Shown here: positions 43,911 through 52,506 of the stretch, one piece after another
Layout of the letters: the number at the start of each line of letters is the position of its first letter
Position numbering within the stretch: position 1 is the first letter of the stretch
Assembly (NCBI GenBank): GCA_964431805.1
Contig: CAYSKV010000001.1
Coordinates: 61,698 to 125,697, forward strand
Reading direction: 5' to 3'
DNA from: an uncultured Gammaproteobacteria bacterium
GTDB lineage: Bacteria > Patescibacteriota > Patescibacteriia > Patescibacteriales > GWC2-42-12
DNA length: 64,000 nucleotides
Program-made: the position numbers and the translations under genes
The notes under the pieces: generated by a model
Told to the model about the DNA's origin: nothing
Databases searched by the model: none
Seen by the model: the letters and a program-made list of their open reading frames with translations, nothing else

Positions 43911-45188
43911 ATGTTAGACATTAAATTTATCCGTGAGAACAAAGAACTTATTAAGCAAAACAGCAAAAATCGATTATCAGGGATTGATGCTGATAATTTT
44001 TTTGAGTTGGATGAAAAACGAAGAAAATTAGAAGCTGAAATTGATGAACTGCGGGCTAAACGCAATCGCGTTTCAAAAACAAAACCCGGACCAGAAGAAA
44101 TCGCGGAAATGAAAAAATTAGGAGAAAGTTTAAAAAGTTTAGAAGAAAAACATAATTCTGTTTATGTTAAATTTGACGAGATACTTCATCAAATTCCTAA
44201 TTTAACTCATCCCGATGTGGTGGTGTGTGATGATGAGGATAATAATCCAGTTTTAGAAACTTTTGGCAAAAAAACAAAATTTAATTTTACTCCGCTTGAT
44301 CATGCTGAGTTAGCTGAAAAATTAGACTTAATTGATTTTGATAGAGCTACTAAAATTAGCGGCGCTAAATTTTATTATTTAAAAAATGAGGCTGTTTTAT
44401 TAGAATTGGCTTTAATCCAATACGCGCTAGACACTGCCATGAAACATGGCTATACGCCATTTACTACGCCCGACTTAGCTAAACAAGAGGTTTTATCAGG
44501 CTTAGGCTTTAACCCCAGAGGAGAATCTACCCAAATTTATAATATAGAAAATACTGATTTAAGTTTAATCGGTACAGCCGAAATTACTATGGGTGGCTAT
44601 CATATGAATGAAACTTTAGAGGAGAGTGAATTGCCTAAAAAATATGTGGCTGTATCGCATTGTTTCCGCACTGAAGCCGGTAGTTATTCAAAATTTTCTA
44701 AAGGCATTTTTCGCGTGCACCAATTTACTAAAATAGAAATGTTCCAATATGTTTTACCTGAACAAAGCGAAACCGCTCATCAAGAACTTCTAAAAATTGA
44801 AAAGGAAATATTTAAAGGTTTAGAAATTCCTTTTAGGGTAATTGACCATTGCACGGCTGATTTAGGCGCGCCATCTTATCGAACGTTTGATCTTGAAGCT
44901 TGGCTACCCGGTAAACCGAATAAGCAAGGTGAAATGGGGGATTGGGCGGAAATTACCTCAACGTCAAACTGTACTGATTATCAAGCCAGGGGACTTAGCA
45001 TTAAATACAAAGATAAAAATGGCGAAAAAAATTATGTCCATACTTTAAACGGTACAGCCATCGCCATTAGCCGCGCCATAATCGCCATTATGGAAAATTT
45101 TCAACAAGCCGACGGCTCAATTAAAATTCCAAAAGTTTTACGAAAGTATTTGCCGGGGAAATTAAAAATAATTAAAAAGAAAAAATAA
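43911..45188 (+). CDS. serS: Serine--tRNA ligase
   Basis: N-terminal coiled coil; class II core (FRTEAGS.., TLNGTAIAISRAIIAIMEN). Confidence 0.93.
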   Translation: MLDIKFIRENKELIKQNSKNRLSGIDADNFFELDEKRRKLEAEIDELRAKRNRVSKTKPGPEEIAEMKKLGESLKSLEEKHNSVYVKFDEILHQIPNLTHPDVVVCDDEDNNPVLETFGKKTKFNFTPLDHAELAEKLDLIDFDRATKISGAKFYYLKNEAVLLELALIQYALDTAMKHGYTPFTTPDLAKQEVLSGLGFNPRGESTQIYNIENTDLSLIGTAEITMGGYHMNETLEESELPKKYVAVSHCFRTEAGSYSKFSKGIFRVHQFTKIEMFQYVLPEQSETAHQELLKIEKEIFKGLEIPFRVIDHCTADLGAPSYRTFDLEAWLPGKPNKQGEMGDWAEITSTSNCTDYQARGLSIKYKDKNGEKNYVHTLNGTAIAISRAIIAIMENFQQADGSIKIPKVLRKYLPGKLKIIKKKK

Positions 45189-45192
45189 TATC

Positions 45193-45906
45193 ATGTTAAA
45201 ACCGCAACTTGTTATTTTGCCTGGTTGGGATGGCACTAAAAAAACTTGGGAAAATTTTATAAATTTAGCGCAAAAAGATTTTGAAGTATATTGCCTTGAA
45301 TTACCATGTTTCGGCGACGAGCCTTGCCCGAATGAAATTTGGGGCGTAGAAAATTACGCTGAGTTTGTTAAACAAAAAATAAAAGAATTAAATTTAAATA
45401 AACCTATACTTTTAGGCCATTCGTTTGGCGGACAAGTTGCCGTTTATTTAGCCGCGACTTCGCCAGAATTAATAAGCCAACTAATTTTAAGTGGCGCTGC
45501 GGCCATTAGACCAAAATTAAGTTTAAAAAGATTTATTTTTGGTTCATTAGCTAAAATTGGAAAAATATTTTTTAGCTTACCATTAATTAAAAATTTAGGC
45601 GCGCCGGCAAGAAAATTATTATATAAATTAGCTGATTCACCTGACTTTGGACAAATTTCTGGTATAAAAAGAGAAATATGCAAAAAAGTTGTCCGCCAAG
45701 ACTTAACGAAAAATCTAAAAAAAATTAAAACCCCGACTTTAGTTGTCTGGGGCAATTTAGATAGTTATGTGCCGCTTTCGTCAGGTAAAAAAATAGCTGC
45801 TCTAATCCCAGGTTCTCGCCTAGAGATTGTCTCTGGCGGTAAGCATGGTTTACATTTACAAATTCCGGAAAAATTATACGATATCGTGAAAAATTTTATT
45901 GATTAA
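45193..45906 (+). CDS. Alpha/beta hydrolase
   Basis: Nucleophile elbow GHSFGG; C-terminal GGKHGLH. Confidence 0.75.
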   Translation: MLKPQLVILPGWDGTKKTWENFINLAQKDFEVYCLELPCFGDEPCPNEIWGVENYAEFVKQKIKELNLNKPILLGHSFGGQVAVYLAATSPELISQLILSGAAAIRPKLSLKRFIFGSLAKIGKIFFSLPLIKNLGAPARKLLYKLADSPDFGQISGIKREICKKVVRQDLTKNLKKIKTPTLVVWGNLDSYVPLSSGKKIAALIPGSRLEIVSGGKHGLHLQIPEKLYDIVKNFID

Positions 45907-45907
45907 A

Positions 45908-47485
45908 ATGCCTATCTTATATCTTAACATTACAATTGCTATTCTCTGGTTTTTAAGCGCTTTGGCCGACTTCGGCCAATTTTGCTATGTTTGGCAATTT
46001 AAAGAATATCGTTTTGACCGGCTCGGCGATTATATTTCAACTTTAAGCGGAAAAAAATTTTTTCATGGCTGGCGCGTTTTTAAACGACCGTCAGTTTATC
46101 TTATTTTATTTTTAATACTGCCAATTAATTTTAAATCATTAAATTACGCCATAATCACGATTTTATTTATTGATTTAATTTATAACTTTTGGGCGATTGC
46201 TAGGCATAATTTACTGCGTCCTAAATTAACAGCTAAATCAGCAATATTAATTATTTTGGCATTACTAATTGAGGGCATATTATTTTTTAGTTTTTTTAAC
46301 TCTCATATAATTTTTATAATTTTAGCTTTGCGCTGGTTTACTTTTTCCGCCTTAGCCATATTAGCTAAACTTCCAACCGCCTTAGCCAAAATAATTTATT
46401 TAAAAATTGCTAAAAATAAACTTTTAAAATTTAATAAACTAATTATTATCGGCGTAACCGGCAGTTATGGTAAAACCACAGTAAAAAATTTCTTAGCGCA
46501 AATGTTAGGCGAAAAATATAAAGTTATCATGACGCCAGCTAACATTAATACTGAAATCGGCATAGCTAAATTTATTATTAAAAATAATTTTTTAGATTAC
46601 GATATATTTGTAGTTGAAATGGGCACATATAAAATAGGAGAAATCGCCACTATCTGCAAAATGGTTAAGCCTAAAATCGGTATTTTAACCGTAATTAACG
46701 AACAACATTTATCATTACTAAAAACCATAAAAAATACACAAACCGCTAAGTATGAACTTTTACGCAGCCTGCCGACCGACGGTTTAGCTATAACTAATTC
46801 TGATAATGAATACTGCCGAGAATTTTTAAATGAACTTAAATGCAAAGTCGAAACCTTCGGCTTAAAAAATGAATATAATCCAGATTGTTTAATTAAAAAT
46901 GTTTCAGCCGATGAAAAGGGAATAAATTTTATTGCGGAAATTAAAAATAACACTGAATTAAAAATTTCTGCGCCGATTTTAGGCGGGCATAACGCTTTAA
47001 ATATTGCGCCAATAATACTAACGAGCTTATTTTTAAATTTAAACGCTGATGAAATTATTAAACGTTCAAGCCAATTACAGCTGCCGCCTAAAGTACTGCA
47101 AACTTATAATTATGGTAAAAGTTTAATTTTAGATGATAGTTATAACGCTAACCCCGACGGTTTTTTAGCCGCCTTAAATGTTTTAGCTAACTATAAAGAA
47201 CGCAAAAAAATAGTAGTAACACGCGGCATGCTAGAGCTCGGATCAGTTAGTAAAAATTTGCATGAAACAATAGGCAGAGAAATTGGAAGAATCGCCGATG
47301 AATTAATAATTATTTCCGAAGATTCAGCCGTTGATTTAAAAAACGGCGCCGGCAATATAAAAACAACGATTGAAACTAACTCAGATAAATTACTGGAAAT
47401 TTTTAAAAATTTAAAAAACCAAGATTGCGTTATTTTAATAGAAAATCGTCTTTCGGGAAAAATTTATCAAGAAATAAAACATTAG
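45908..47485 (+). CDS. murF: MurF-like Mur ligase with N-terminal polytopic membrane domain
   Basis: P-loop GVTGSYGKTT and the DDSYNANPDG signature. The first ~175 aa are hydrophobic helices in place of the usual N-terminal domain. Confidence 0.75.
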   Translation: MPILYLNITIAILWFLSALADFGQFCYVWQFKEYRFDRLGDYISTLSGKKFFHGWRVFKRPSVYLILFLILPINFKSLNYAIITILFIDLIYNFWAIARHNLLRPKLTAKSAILIILALLIEGILFFSFFNSHIIFIILALRWFTFSALAILAKLPTALAKIIYLKIAKNKLLKFNKLIIIGVTGSYGKTTVKNFLAQMLGEKYKVIMTPANINTEIGIAKFIIKNNFLDYDIFVVEMGTYKIGEIATICKMVKPKIGILTVINEQHLSLLKTIKNTQTAKYELLRSLPTDGLAITNSDNEYCREFLNELKCKVETFGLKNEYNPDCLIKNVSADEKGINFIAEIKNNTELKISAPILGGHNALNIAPIILTSLFLNLNADEIIKRSSQLQLPPKVLQTYNYGKSLILDDSYNANPDGFLAALNVLANYKERKKIVVTRGMLELGSVSKNLHETIGREIGRIADELIIISEDSAVDLKNGAGNIKTTIETNSDKLLEIFKNLKNQDCVILIENRLSGKIYQEIKH

Positions 47486-47494
47486 AAGTATACC

Positions 47495-47602
47495 TGTCAT
47501 TGCGAGGAGCGTCAGCGACGAAGCAATCTAACGGACAACAATTTTTTATCCAAACTTGCCATTAGTGAGATTGCTTCGCTCCCGCTGTTCGCTCGCAATG
47601 AC
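47495..47602. repeat. Inverted pair of GC-rich hairpin repeats
   Basis: 47495-47528 is GTCATTGCGAGGAGCGTCAGCGACGAAGCAATCT. The reverse complement of 47567-47602 is GTCATTGCGAGCGAACAGCGGGAGCGAAGCAATCT. A 38-nt spacer separates them. Confidence 0.85.
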
Positions 47603-47612
47603 AAATATAATT

Positions 47613-48878
47613 ATGTCAATATTCAAAAAAACAATTTTTACCGGCTTTGCGCCTAACTTAACCGGCCGCGATACAGGGCTAGCGTTAAGTTATTTATTAT
47701 TGCCTTGGCGTTGGTTAAAAATTTCTTCAGGTGAGTATACTGTAATGGCCGAAAAAAAATTACGAGAATATTTTAATATAAAACATGCTTATGTTTTTGA
47801 TAGCGGTCGCTCGGCTCTTTATTATGCTTTAAAAGCTTTAGGAGCAGGGGAAGGCGATGAAGTTTTAGTGCAAGCCTATACTTGCGTGGTAGTAGTTAAT
47901 GCTATTAAATTTACTGGAGCTAAACCGATTTTTATTGACATCAATAATACTTTTAATATTGACCAGGCCGGTTTAGAAAAACTAATCACGCCTAAAACAA
48001 AAATTTTAATTATCCAACACACTTTCGGGCTACCAGCAAATTTAGATCTTCTTTTAGTCATCGCCGCCAAGCATAATATAAAAATCATTGAAGATTGCGC
48101 TCACTCATTAGGTATAAAATATAATAACCAACTAGTTGGCACCTTCGGTCATATCGGCATGCTAAGCTTTGGTTCGGATAAAATTATTTCTTGCGCACGC
48201 GGCGGAGCATTAATTACGAACGATAATGAGATAGGGGATAAAATTAAACAACTATCTTCAGAATTACCTAAACCAAAATTAGAAAAAACACTACAACATT
48301 TAATGCATTATCCAATTTTTTACATTTCTAAACCGATTTATCACTTATTTATTGGTAAATTTATATTAATATTAGCTAAAAAACTCAATATTTTTAATAA
48401 AATAATCTATAAAAAAGAAAAAACAGGGGATAAAGTAAGCTTTTATCCAGCTAAATTAGCCAATAGTTTAGCGAATATTTTATGCAATCAGATAAACGAA
48501 ATAGATATAATCGTTAAACATCAACAAAAAATTTCTGAAATATACAACCAAAAAATAAATAATTCTAAAATAAATTTACCTTGGCGCGAAGCTGAACTTA
48601 ATGGTGGAGCTTGTCTAAGATACCCACTGCTAACTAAAAATCCAAAAAAACTTTTAGCCTACGCTAAAAAACAGGGGGTAATTTTAGGTGATTGGTATAG
48701 TTGCGTAATCGCACCGTGCGATAGTGATATAAATAAAACCGGTTATCATGACGGCGATTGCCCGAACGCTGAACGCTTAGCCACCGAGTCAGTTAATTTA
48801 CCAACTGATAGGCATATTACGAAAAAACAAGCTGACAAAATTATAAAAATTATTAATTCATATGTCGATAGAAATTAA
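47613..48878 (+). CDS. DegT/DnrJ/EryC1/StrS-family PLP-dependent aminotransferase
   Basis: IEDCAHSLG, and SFGSDKIISCARGG carrying the PLP lysine. ATG 47613 is preferred because the 19 upstream codons of the ORF track read through the hairpin repeat. Confidence 0.8.
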   Translation: MSIFKKTIFTGFAPNLTGRDTGLALSYLLLPWRWLKISSGEYTVMAEKKLREYFNIKHAYVFDSGRSALYYALKALGAGEGDEVLVQAYTCVVVVNAIKFTGAKPIFIDINNTFNIDQAGLEKLITPKTKILIIQHTFGLPANLDLLLVIAAKHNIKIIEDCAHSLGIKYNNQLVGTFGHIGMLSFGSDKIISCARGGALITNDNEIGDKIKQLSSELPKPKLEKTLQHLMHYPIFYISKPIYHLFIGKFILILAKKLNIFNKIIYKKEKTGDKVSFYPAKLANSLANILCNQINEIDIIVKHQQKISEIYNQKINNSKINLPWREAELNGGACLRYPLLTKNPKKLLAYAKKQGVILGDWYSCVIAPCDSDINKTGYHDGDCPNAERLATESVNLPTDRHITKKQADKIIKIINSYVDRN

Positions 48879-49887
48879 AACAATTGAATCCATAATTGAG
48901 TGGCGCGAAGCCGAAGTTTTATTTAAACCACATACATTTTTACAATCGTGGGAATGGGGCGCATCACAAGAAGCTTTAGGCCAAAAAATTTTTCGCCTAG
49001 GAATATTTAAAGACGATAAAATAATCGGTTTAGCTTTTTTCTATTTTATAAAAGCTAGGCGCGGTTCATTTCTTTTTTGTCCGCATGGTCCGATTATTGA
49101 CTGGAATAAAGCTAACGAAATAATGCCGGCGTTATTAGATTATTTAATTAAGCTTGGTAAAGGAATAAAAACTGATTTTATTAGAATTAGTCCTTTAACC
49201 GAAAATTCAACCGCTAATCAAAAAATTGTTAAAAATTTAGGCTTTAAACCGGCTCCAGTTCATATGATGCACCCGGAATTATCATGGATGATTGATTTAA
49301 CGCCAGGAGAAGATACTATTTTAAGCAACATGGAAAAACGCACGCGTTATTCAATCCGCAAAGCCGAAAAAGATGGCGTTGAAGTAATTTCTTCTACTGA
49401 CCAAAACGATCTTGATAAATTTTATGAAATTTATAAACAAACCGCTGACCGCCAAGGTTTCGTGCCTTATACTAAAGAATATTTAAAAAAAGAGCTGCAA
49501 TCATTTTTACAAAATAACAAAATAAAAATTTACTTCGCTTATTATCAAAAAGAATTAATAGCTACCGCCATGATTGTTTATGCTAATAATTCAGCCTTTT
49601 ATCATCACGGCGCTTCTATCAGAAAATATTCTAATATTACGGCTTCAGAGTTATTGCAATGGACCGCCATTAAAGAAGCAAAACAAAACGGCCTGTCTTA
49701 TTATAATTTTTGGGGAATTGTTAACGAAAAAGAAAAAAAGCATCCATGGGCTGGATTAAGTAAATTTAAGAAAGGTTTTGGCGGATTCGAAGAAGAATAT
49801 CTGCATGCCCAAGACTATGTTTTATCAACAAAATATTGGTTAAATTATTTAATTGAAAAAATAAGAAAAATAAAACGCGGATATTAA
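48862..49887 (+). CDS. FemAB-family peptidoglycan bridge-forming aminoacyltransferase
   Basis: FLQSWEWG N-terminal motif; two GNAT-like halves; 341 aa. Confidence 0.8.
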   Translation: MSIEIKTIESIIEWREAEVLFKPHTFLQSWEWGASQEALGQKIFRLGIFKDDKIIGLAFFYFIKARRGSFLFCPHGPIIDWNKANEIMPALLDYLIKLGKGIKTDFIRISPLTENSTANQKIVKNLGFKPAPVHMMHPELSWMIDLTPGEDTILSNMEKRTRYSIRKAEKDGVEVISSTDQNDLDKFYEIYKQTADRQGFVPYTKEYLKKELQSFLQNNKIKIYFAYYQKELIATAMIVYANNSAFYHHGASIRKYSNITASELLQWTAIKEAKQNGLSYYNFWGIVNEKEKKHPWAGLSKFKKGFGGFEEEYLHAQDYVLSTKYWLNYLIEKIRKIKRGY

Positions 49888-49889
49888 AT

Positions 49890-50774
49890 ATGATGATGTT
49901 TAATAATAGAAACAACTTTAATAAAATAACCAGAGTCGGTAGAAACCGCAAGAAATTTATCTATACAAAAAAAACCTATGCTAATCCGTTTTTCCGCCAT
50001 AAAAATACACGAAAGGTTGAAACCGGACTGCTTTCTAATAAAATTAAACTTTCTATTTTCGCCGCCATTGTAACGATTGCGATTTTAGTTTGGCTTTTAT
50101 TTTTTTCTACGCTTTTCAAAATAAATAATATTCTAGTTTCTGGCGTAAATGATAATATGGCTAAAGATGTTGAAAACATAGCCCGCGACCTAGCGGAGAA
50201 TAGAATAGTCGGAAAAAATAATTTGCTACTTTATAATAAAGATGACTTAAATAAGACTTTAAATGAAAAATATTATCTAAGCAATCTAACTATTAAAAGA
50301 AAATTTTTGCATACTTTGGCTATAAATTTAAGCGAAAAACAGCAATCAGCGGTTTGGCGCGAAGATGATCTATACTATTATATAGACGGGGAGGGGAATA
50401 TTATAAATCAAGTTGACGCCCTAAACATAAATGGCAACGACTACCCAATAATAGAAAATTTAACTGATATAAAAATAGTTGAACGAAAAGCTAATATAAA
50501 TAAAGAGGTGATAGATTATATTTTAAATTTATTTAATGAATTTAAGGAAAAAAAACATAATTTTGAAATCGAAAAATTTATTGTTGATAAAGACGCCAAC
50601 ACGGTAAAAATGGCGGTTATATCAGGACCAAAAATTTATTTTAACATTAAAACGTCAGTGGCTGAGCAAGCAGCTAAACTTGACTTAATAATAAAGGACA
50701 AGCTAAAAAACGACTTTACTGGCGTAAAAGAATATATTGATCTAAGATACGCTAATAATGTTTATATGAAATAA
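49890..50774 (+). CDS. FtsQ/DivIB-like cell division protein (single TM + POTRA-like region)
   Basis: Basic N-terminus, one TM (LSIFAAIVTIAILVWLLFFSTLF), then INNILVSGVN. Gene context is murF/femAB. Confidence 0.5.
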   Translation: MMMFNNRNNFNKITRVGRNRKKFIYTKKTYANPFFRHKNTRKVETGLLSNKIKLSIFAAIVTIAILVWLLFFSTLFKINNILVSGVNDNMAKDVENIARDLAENRIVGKNNLLLYNKDDLNKTLNEKYYLSNLTIKRKFLHTLAINLSEKQQSAVWREDDLYYYIDGEGNIINQVDALNINGNDYPIIENLTDIKIVERKANINKEVIDYILNLFNEFKEKKHNFEIEKFIVDKDANTVKMAVISGPKIYFNIKTSVAEQAAKLDLIIKDKLKNDFTGVKEYIDLRYANNVYMK

Positions 50775-50842
50775 TTTGTCTATTAATATTTTGCGACACA
50801 TAGACTTATACAACATCCATAATTATAAAAAAGGCGTTTATG

Positions 50843-50851
50843 TGCTATAAT
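50843..50851 (+). promoter_or_regulatory. Extended -10 promoter TGCTATAAT
   Basis: TGnTATAAT match about 150 nt upstream of the small ORF at 51005. Confidence 0.4.
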
Positions 50852-50933
50852 GTAAAATAGAGTTAAGAGAGGTAGTAAATATCTAAAATTTTTAGACTAG
50901 CAACAAGAAAATAAATTTATTTTGAATAAACCC

Positions 50934-50990
50934 ACTAAAATTTAAATCAAAAAAGGTATATACATACCAATGAACGGTTTAAATTTTAGT
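50934..50990 (+). promoter_or_regulatory. Nested leader structure upstream of the 49-aa ORF
   Basis: 13-bp perfect stem ACTAAAATTTAAA / TTTAAATTTTAGT enclosing GGTAT-ATAC-ATACC. It ends 14 nt before ATG 51005. Confidence 0.5.
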
Positions 50991-51004
50991 CCGTAAATAA
51001 CCTT

Positions 51005-51154
51005 ATGCAAGGAATTTTTAAAACATTGTTTGTTTTGGGAGTAATAGTATTTTGTATAGTAGTTATTGCTTTATTTTTGCTTTTATTAAAACTTATACTA
51101 TTATTTAATCCAGAAATAAACATCTTCGGCATGTTAATCCAACCAATGCAATAA
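51005..51154 (+). CDS. Small hydrophobic peptide (49 aa), type-I-toxin-like
   Basis: Hand translation: MQGIFKTLFVLGVIVFCIVVIALFLLLLKLILLFNPEINIFGMLIQPMQ. Followed by a terminator. Below the ORF-track cut-off. Confidence 0.45.
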   Translation: MQGIFKTLFVLGVIVFCIVVIALFLLLLKLILLFNPEINIFGMLIQPMQ

Positions 51155-51178
51155 AGTTTTACTTCAAAATACTACCCA

Positions 51179-51217
51179 AGCGTCGCATAAGTTATATTGT
51201 GCGACGCTATTATATTT
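51179..51217 (+). terminator. Rho-independent terminator (plus strand)
   Basis: AGCGTCGCA (51179-51187) pairs with TGCGACGCT (51200-51208), followed by an A/T-rich tail. Confidence 0.65.
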
Positions 51218-51242
51218 AAAAAGTATAGTGTTAGCTATACTT
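51217..51242 (-). terminator. Rho-independent terminator (minus strand) of the SprT-like/NERD operon
   Basis: Minus strand reads AGTATAG-CTAACA-CTATACT followed by TTTTT. It lies back-to-back with the plus-strand terminator. Confidence 0.6.
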
Positions 51243-51270
51243 CTCTATCAACTTATAACGTTACTAAACT

Positions 51271-51378
51271 TTATTTCTCATTTAATATATCTAAAGCTTT
51301 CTTATAAAATGGTTTAGATATTTTTTGCGCCTTAGATGATGAGATTCTGTTAAAATAATATTTTAATCTTTTTATCAT
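51271..51378 (-). CDS. Possible 35-aa basic mini-protein
   Basis: Hand translation: MIKRLKYYFNRISSSKAQKISKPFYKKALDILNEK. GAGGGGAG lies 10 nt upstream of the ATG. It starts 20 nt after the NERD stop. Confidence 0.3.
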   Translation of the reverse strand: MIKRLKYYFNRISSSKAQKISKPFYKKALDILNEK

Positions 51379-51398
51379 TTCTTTGCTTCTCCCCTCTT

Positions 51399-52022
51399 TT
51401 ACCTTCTTAACTCCCTTGCGCCTTGATTATGTAATTCGCGCATATCTTTATCTAAAATATTTGCATTAGTTAATATTCCATAAATTTCATCTCTCTCGGT
51501 ATCGGAAAAAATGACATTACTAAAACTTTCGATTTTGTTTACGACTTCGAATGTATGTCCAACCGAATCGGTTCCAGATATTTTTAATTTATCAGCATCC
51601 GGAAAAGCTACTAATGAAAAAATGCGCACATTAGAATATTTTAATTTTAATAGTTCTTCAACTGCTTTTATGTGGGCATAATTTTGTCGTAAGGGGTTAT
51701 AAAATCTTTCTTTGTGATGATATATAACCTGCGTCCAATATTCTTGATTAGCATCTCCAAAAATCCACCCTTGATATGACTTGGTTTCAATACAAAAAAT
51801 ACCATAATTTGAAACAACAATGTGATCAATCTGAGTTGTGTTAAGCCTACCATTGGACGGCAATAAAAGATCGTTCAAAACTTTATAATGAGCTACATCA
51901 AGTTGGAGTAATTTTTTAGCAACAAATTTTTCTCCTCTTTGCCCTATCAAATACGGCGACTTCTCAATAACGGAAATTACTAGAGCTACTACAATAATTA
52001 AGAAAATAATAAAATAAATCAT
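51399..52022 (-). CDS. NERD (nuclease-related domain) protein with N-terminal membrane anchor
   Basis: GQRGEKFVAKKL..TQIDHIVVSNYGIFCIETKSYQGWIFG..WTQ..NPLRQNYAH matches the NERD pattern. N-terminal helix IYFIIFLIIVVALVISVI. Confidence 0.75.
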   Translation of the reverse strand: MIYFIIFLIIVVALVISVIEKSPYLIGQRGEKFVAKKLLQLDVAHYKVLNDLLLPSNGRLNTTQIDHIVVSNYGIFCIETKSYQGWIFGDANQEYWTQVIYHHKERFYNPLRQNYAHIKAVEELLKLKYSNVRIFSLVAFPDADKLKISGTDSVGHTFEVVNKIESFSNVIFSDTERDEIYGILTNANILDKDMRELHNQGARELRR

Positions 52023-52033
52023 AAAATTTTATG

Positions 52034-52420
52034 TTATTCAAAATACTCCCCCAATATTTTATCTTTTTTAAATTTATTTATATTTCTCGTTACCTGTTTA
52101 TAAAAAATCGGGTAATGAATTCTTGTTATAATTCTACCCTTAAACCGCGAACGATAAGGCATCTTCTGATGATGCGCGGCTTCATGAGCTAAAGTTCTTA
52201 AAATAGAAGAAATTTTTTTAGGCTTTCTAAATTTTGGAGTAAAAATATCAATCGTAATAAGTCCGGTCTTTAAATTTGTCCTACCAATTATAAAACCGCG
52301 CCTGGTATTAACCTGATCGTCTTTTCGTCGCATCGGCCTAAATTTTAACCTACTAAAGTCAAGTAAATTTAAAGCGTGGTTGCAAAGATCTTGCACTTTT
52401 TGTTCAAAAAAAATTTCCAT
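52034..52420 (-). CDS. SprT-like / HExxH zinc-metallopeptidase-like protein
   Basis: 128 aa. LRTLAHEAAHH carries HExxH, preceded by RRGFIIGRTNLKTGLITIDI as in SprT-like domains. Confidence 0.45.
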   Translation of the reverse strand: MEIFFEQKVQDLCNHALNLLDFSRLKFRPMRRKDDQVNTRRGFIIGRTNLKTGLITIDIFTPKFRKPKKISSILRTLAHEAAHHQKMPYRSRFKGRIITRIHYPIFYKQVTRNINKFKKDKILGEYFE

Positions 52421-52426
52421 TATTTT

Positions 52427-52456
52427 ATTTTACCATTTATTTTTCAATATCGTCAA
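52427..52456 (-). promoter_or_regulatory. Promoter TTGACG-18 nt-TAAAAT placed for a leaderless or near-leaderless transcript
   Basis: On the minus strand the -35 box is at 52451-52456 and the -10 box at 52427-52432. The ATG at 52420 begins 6 nt after the -10 box. Confidence 0.45.
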
Positions 52457-52489
52457 AATAAAAAACCCGAGGTAAATTGTACCTCGGGG
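52457..52489 (-). terminator. Rho-independent terminator after glnA
   Basis: Minus strand reads CCCGAGGTA-CAATT-TACCTCGGG followed by TTTTTTATTTT. Confidence 0.85.
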
Positions 52490-52506
52490 CTATTATAAAT
52501 TTCTCA

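Noticed and set aside
47556-47612. N-terminal 19 codons of the 440-aa ORF (MPLVRLLRSRCSLAMTNII).
   Set aside because: They translate the GC hairpin repeat at 47567-47602. ATG 47613 gives a normal DegT-family N-terminus.
50838-50866. dif-like XerCD site near the transcription convergence point (GTGCTATAATGTAAAATAGAGTTAAGA).
   Set aside because: Hand alignment to the E. coli dif consensus matches only the central ATAATGTA and scattered positions. The sequence is better explained as a TGnTATAAT promoter.
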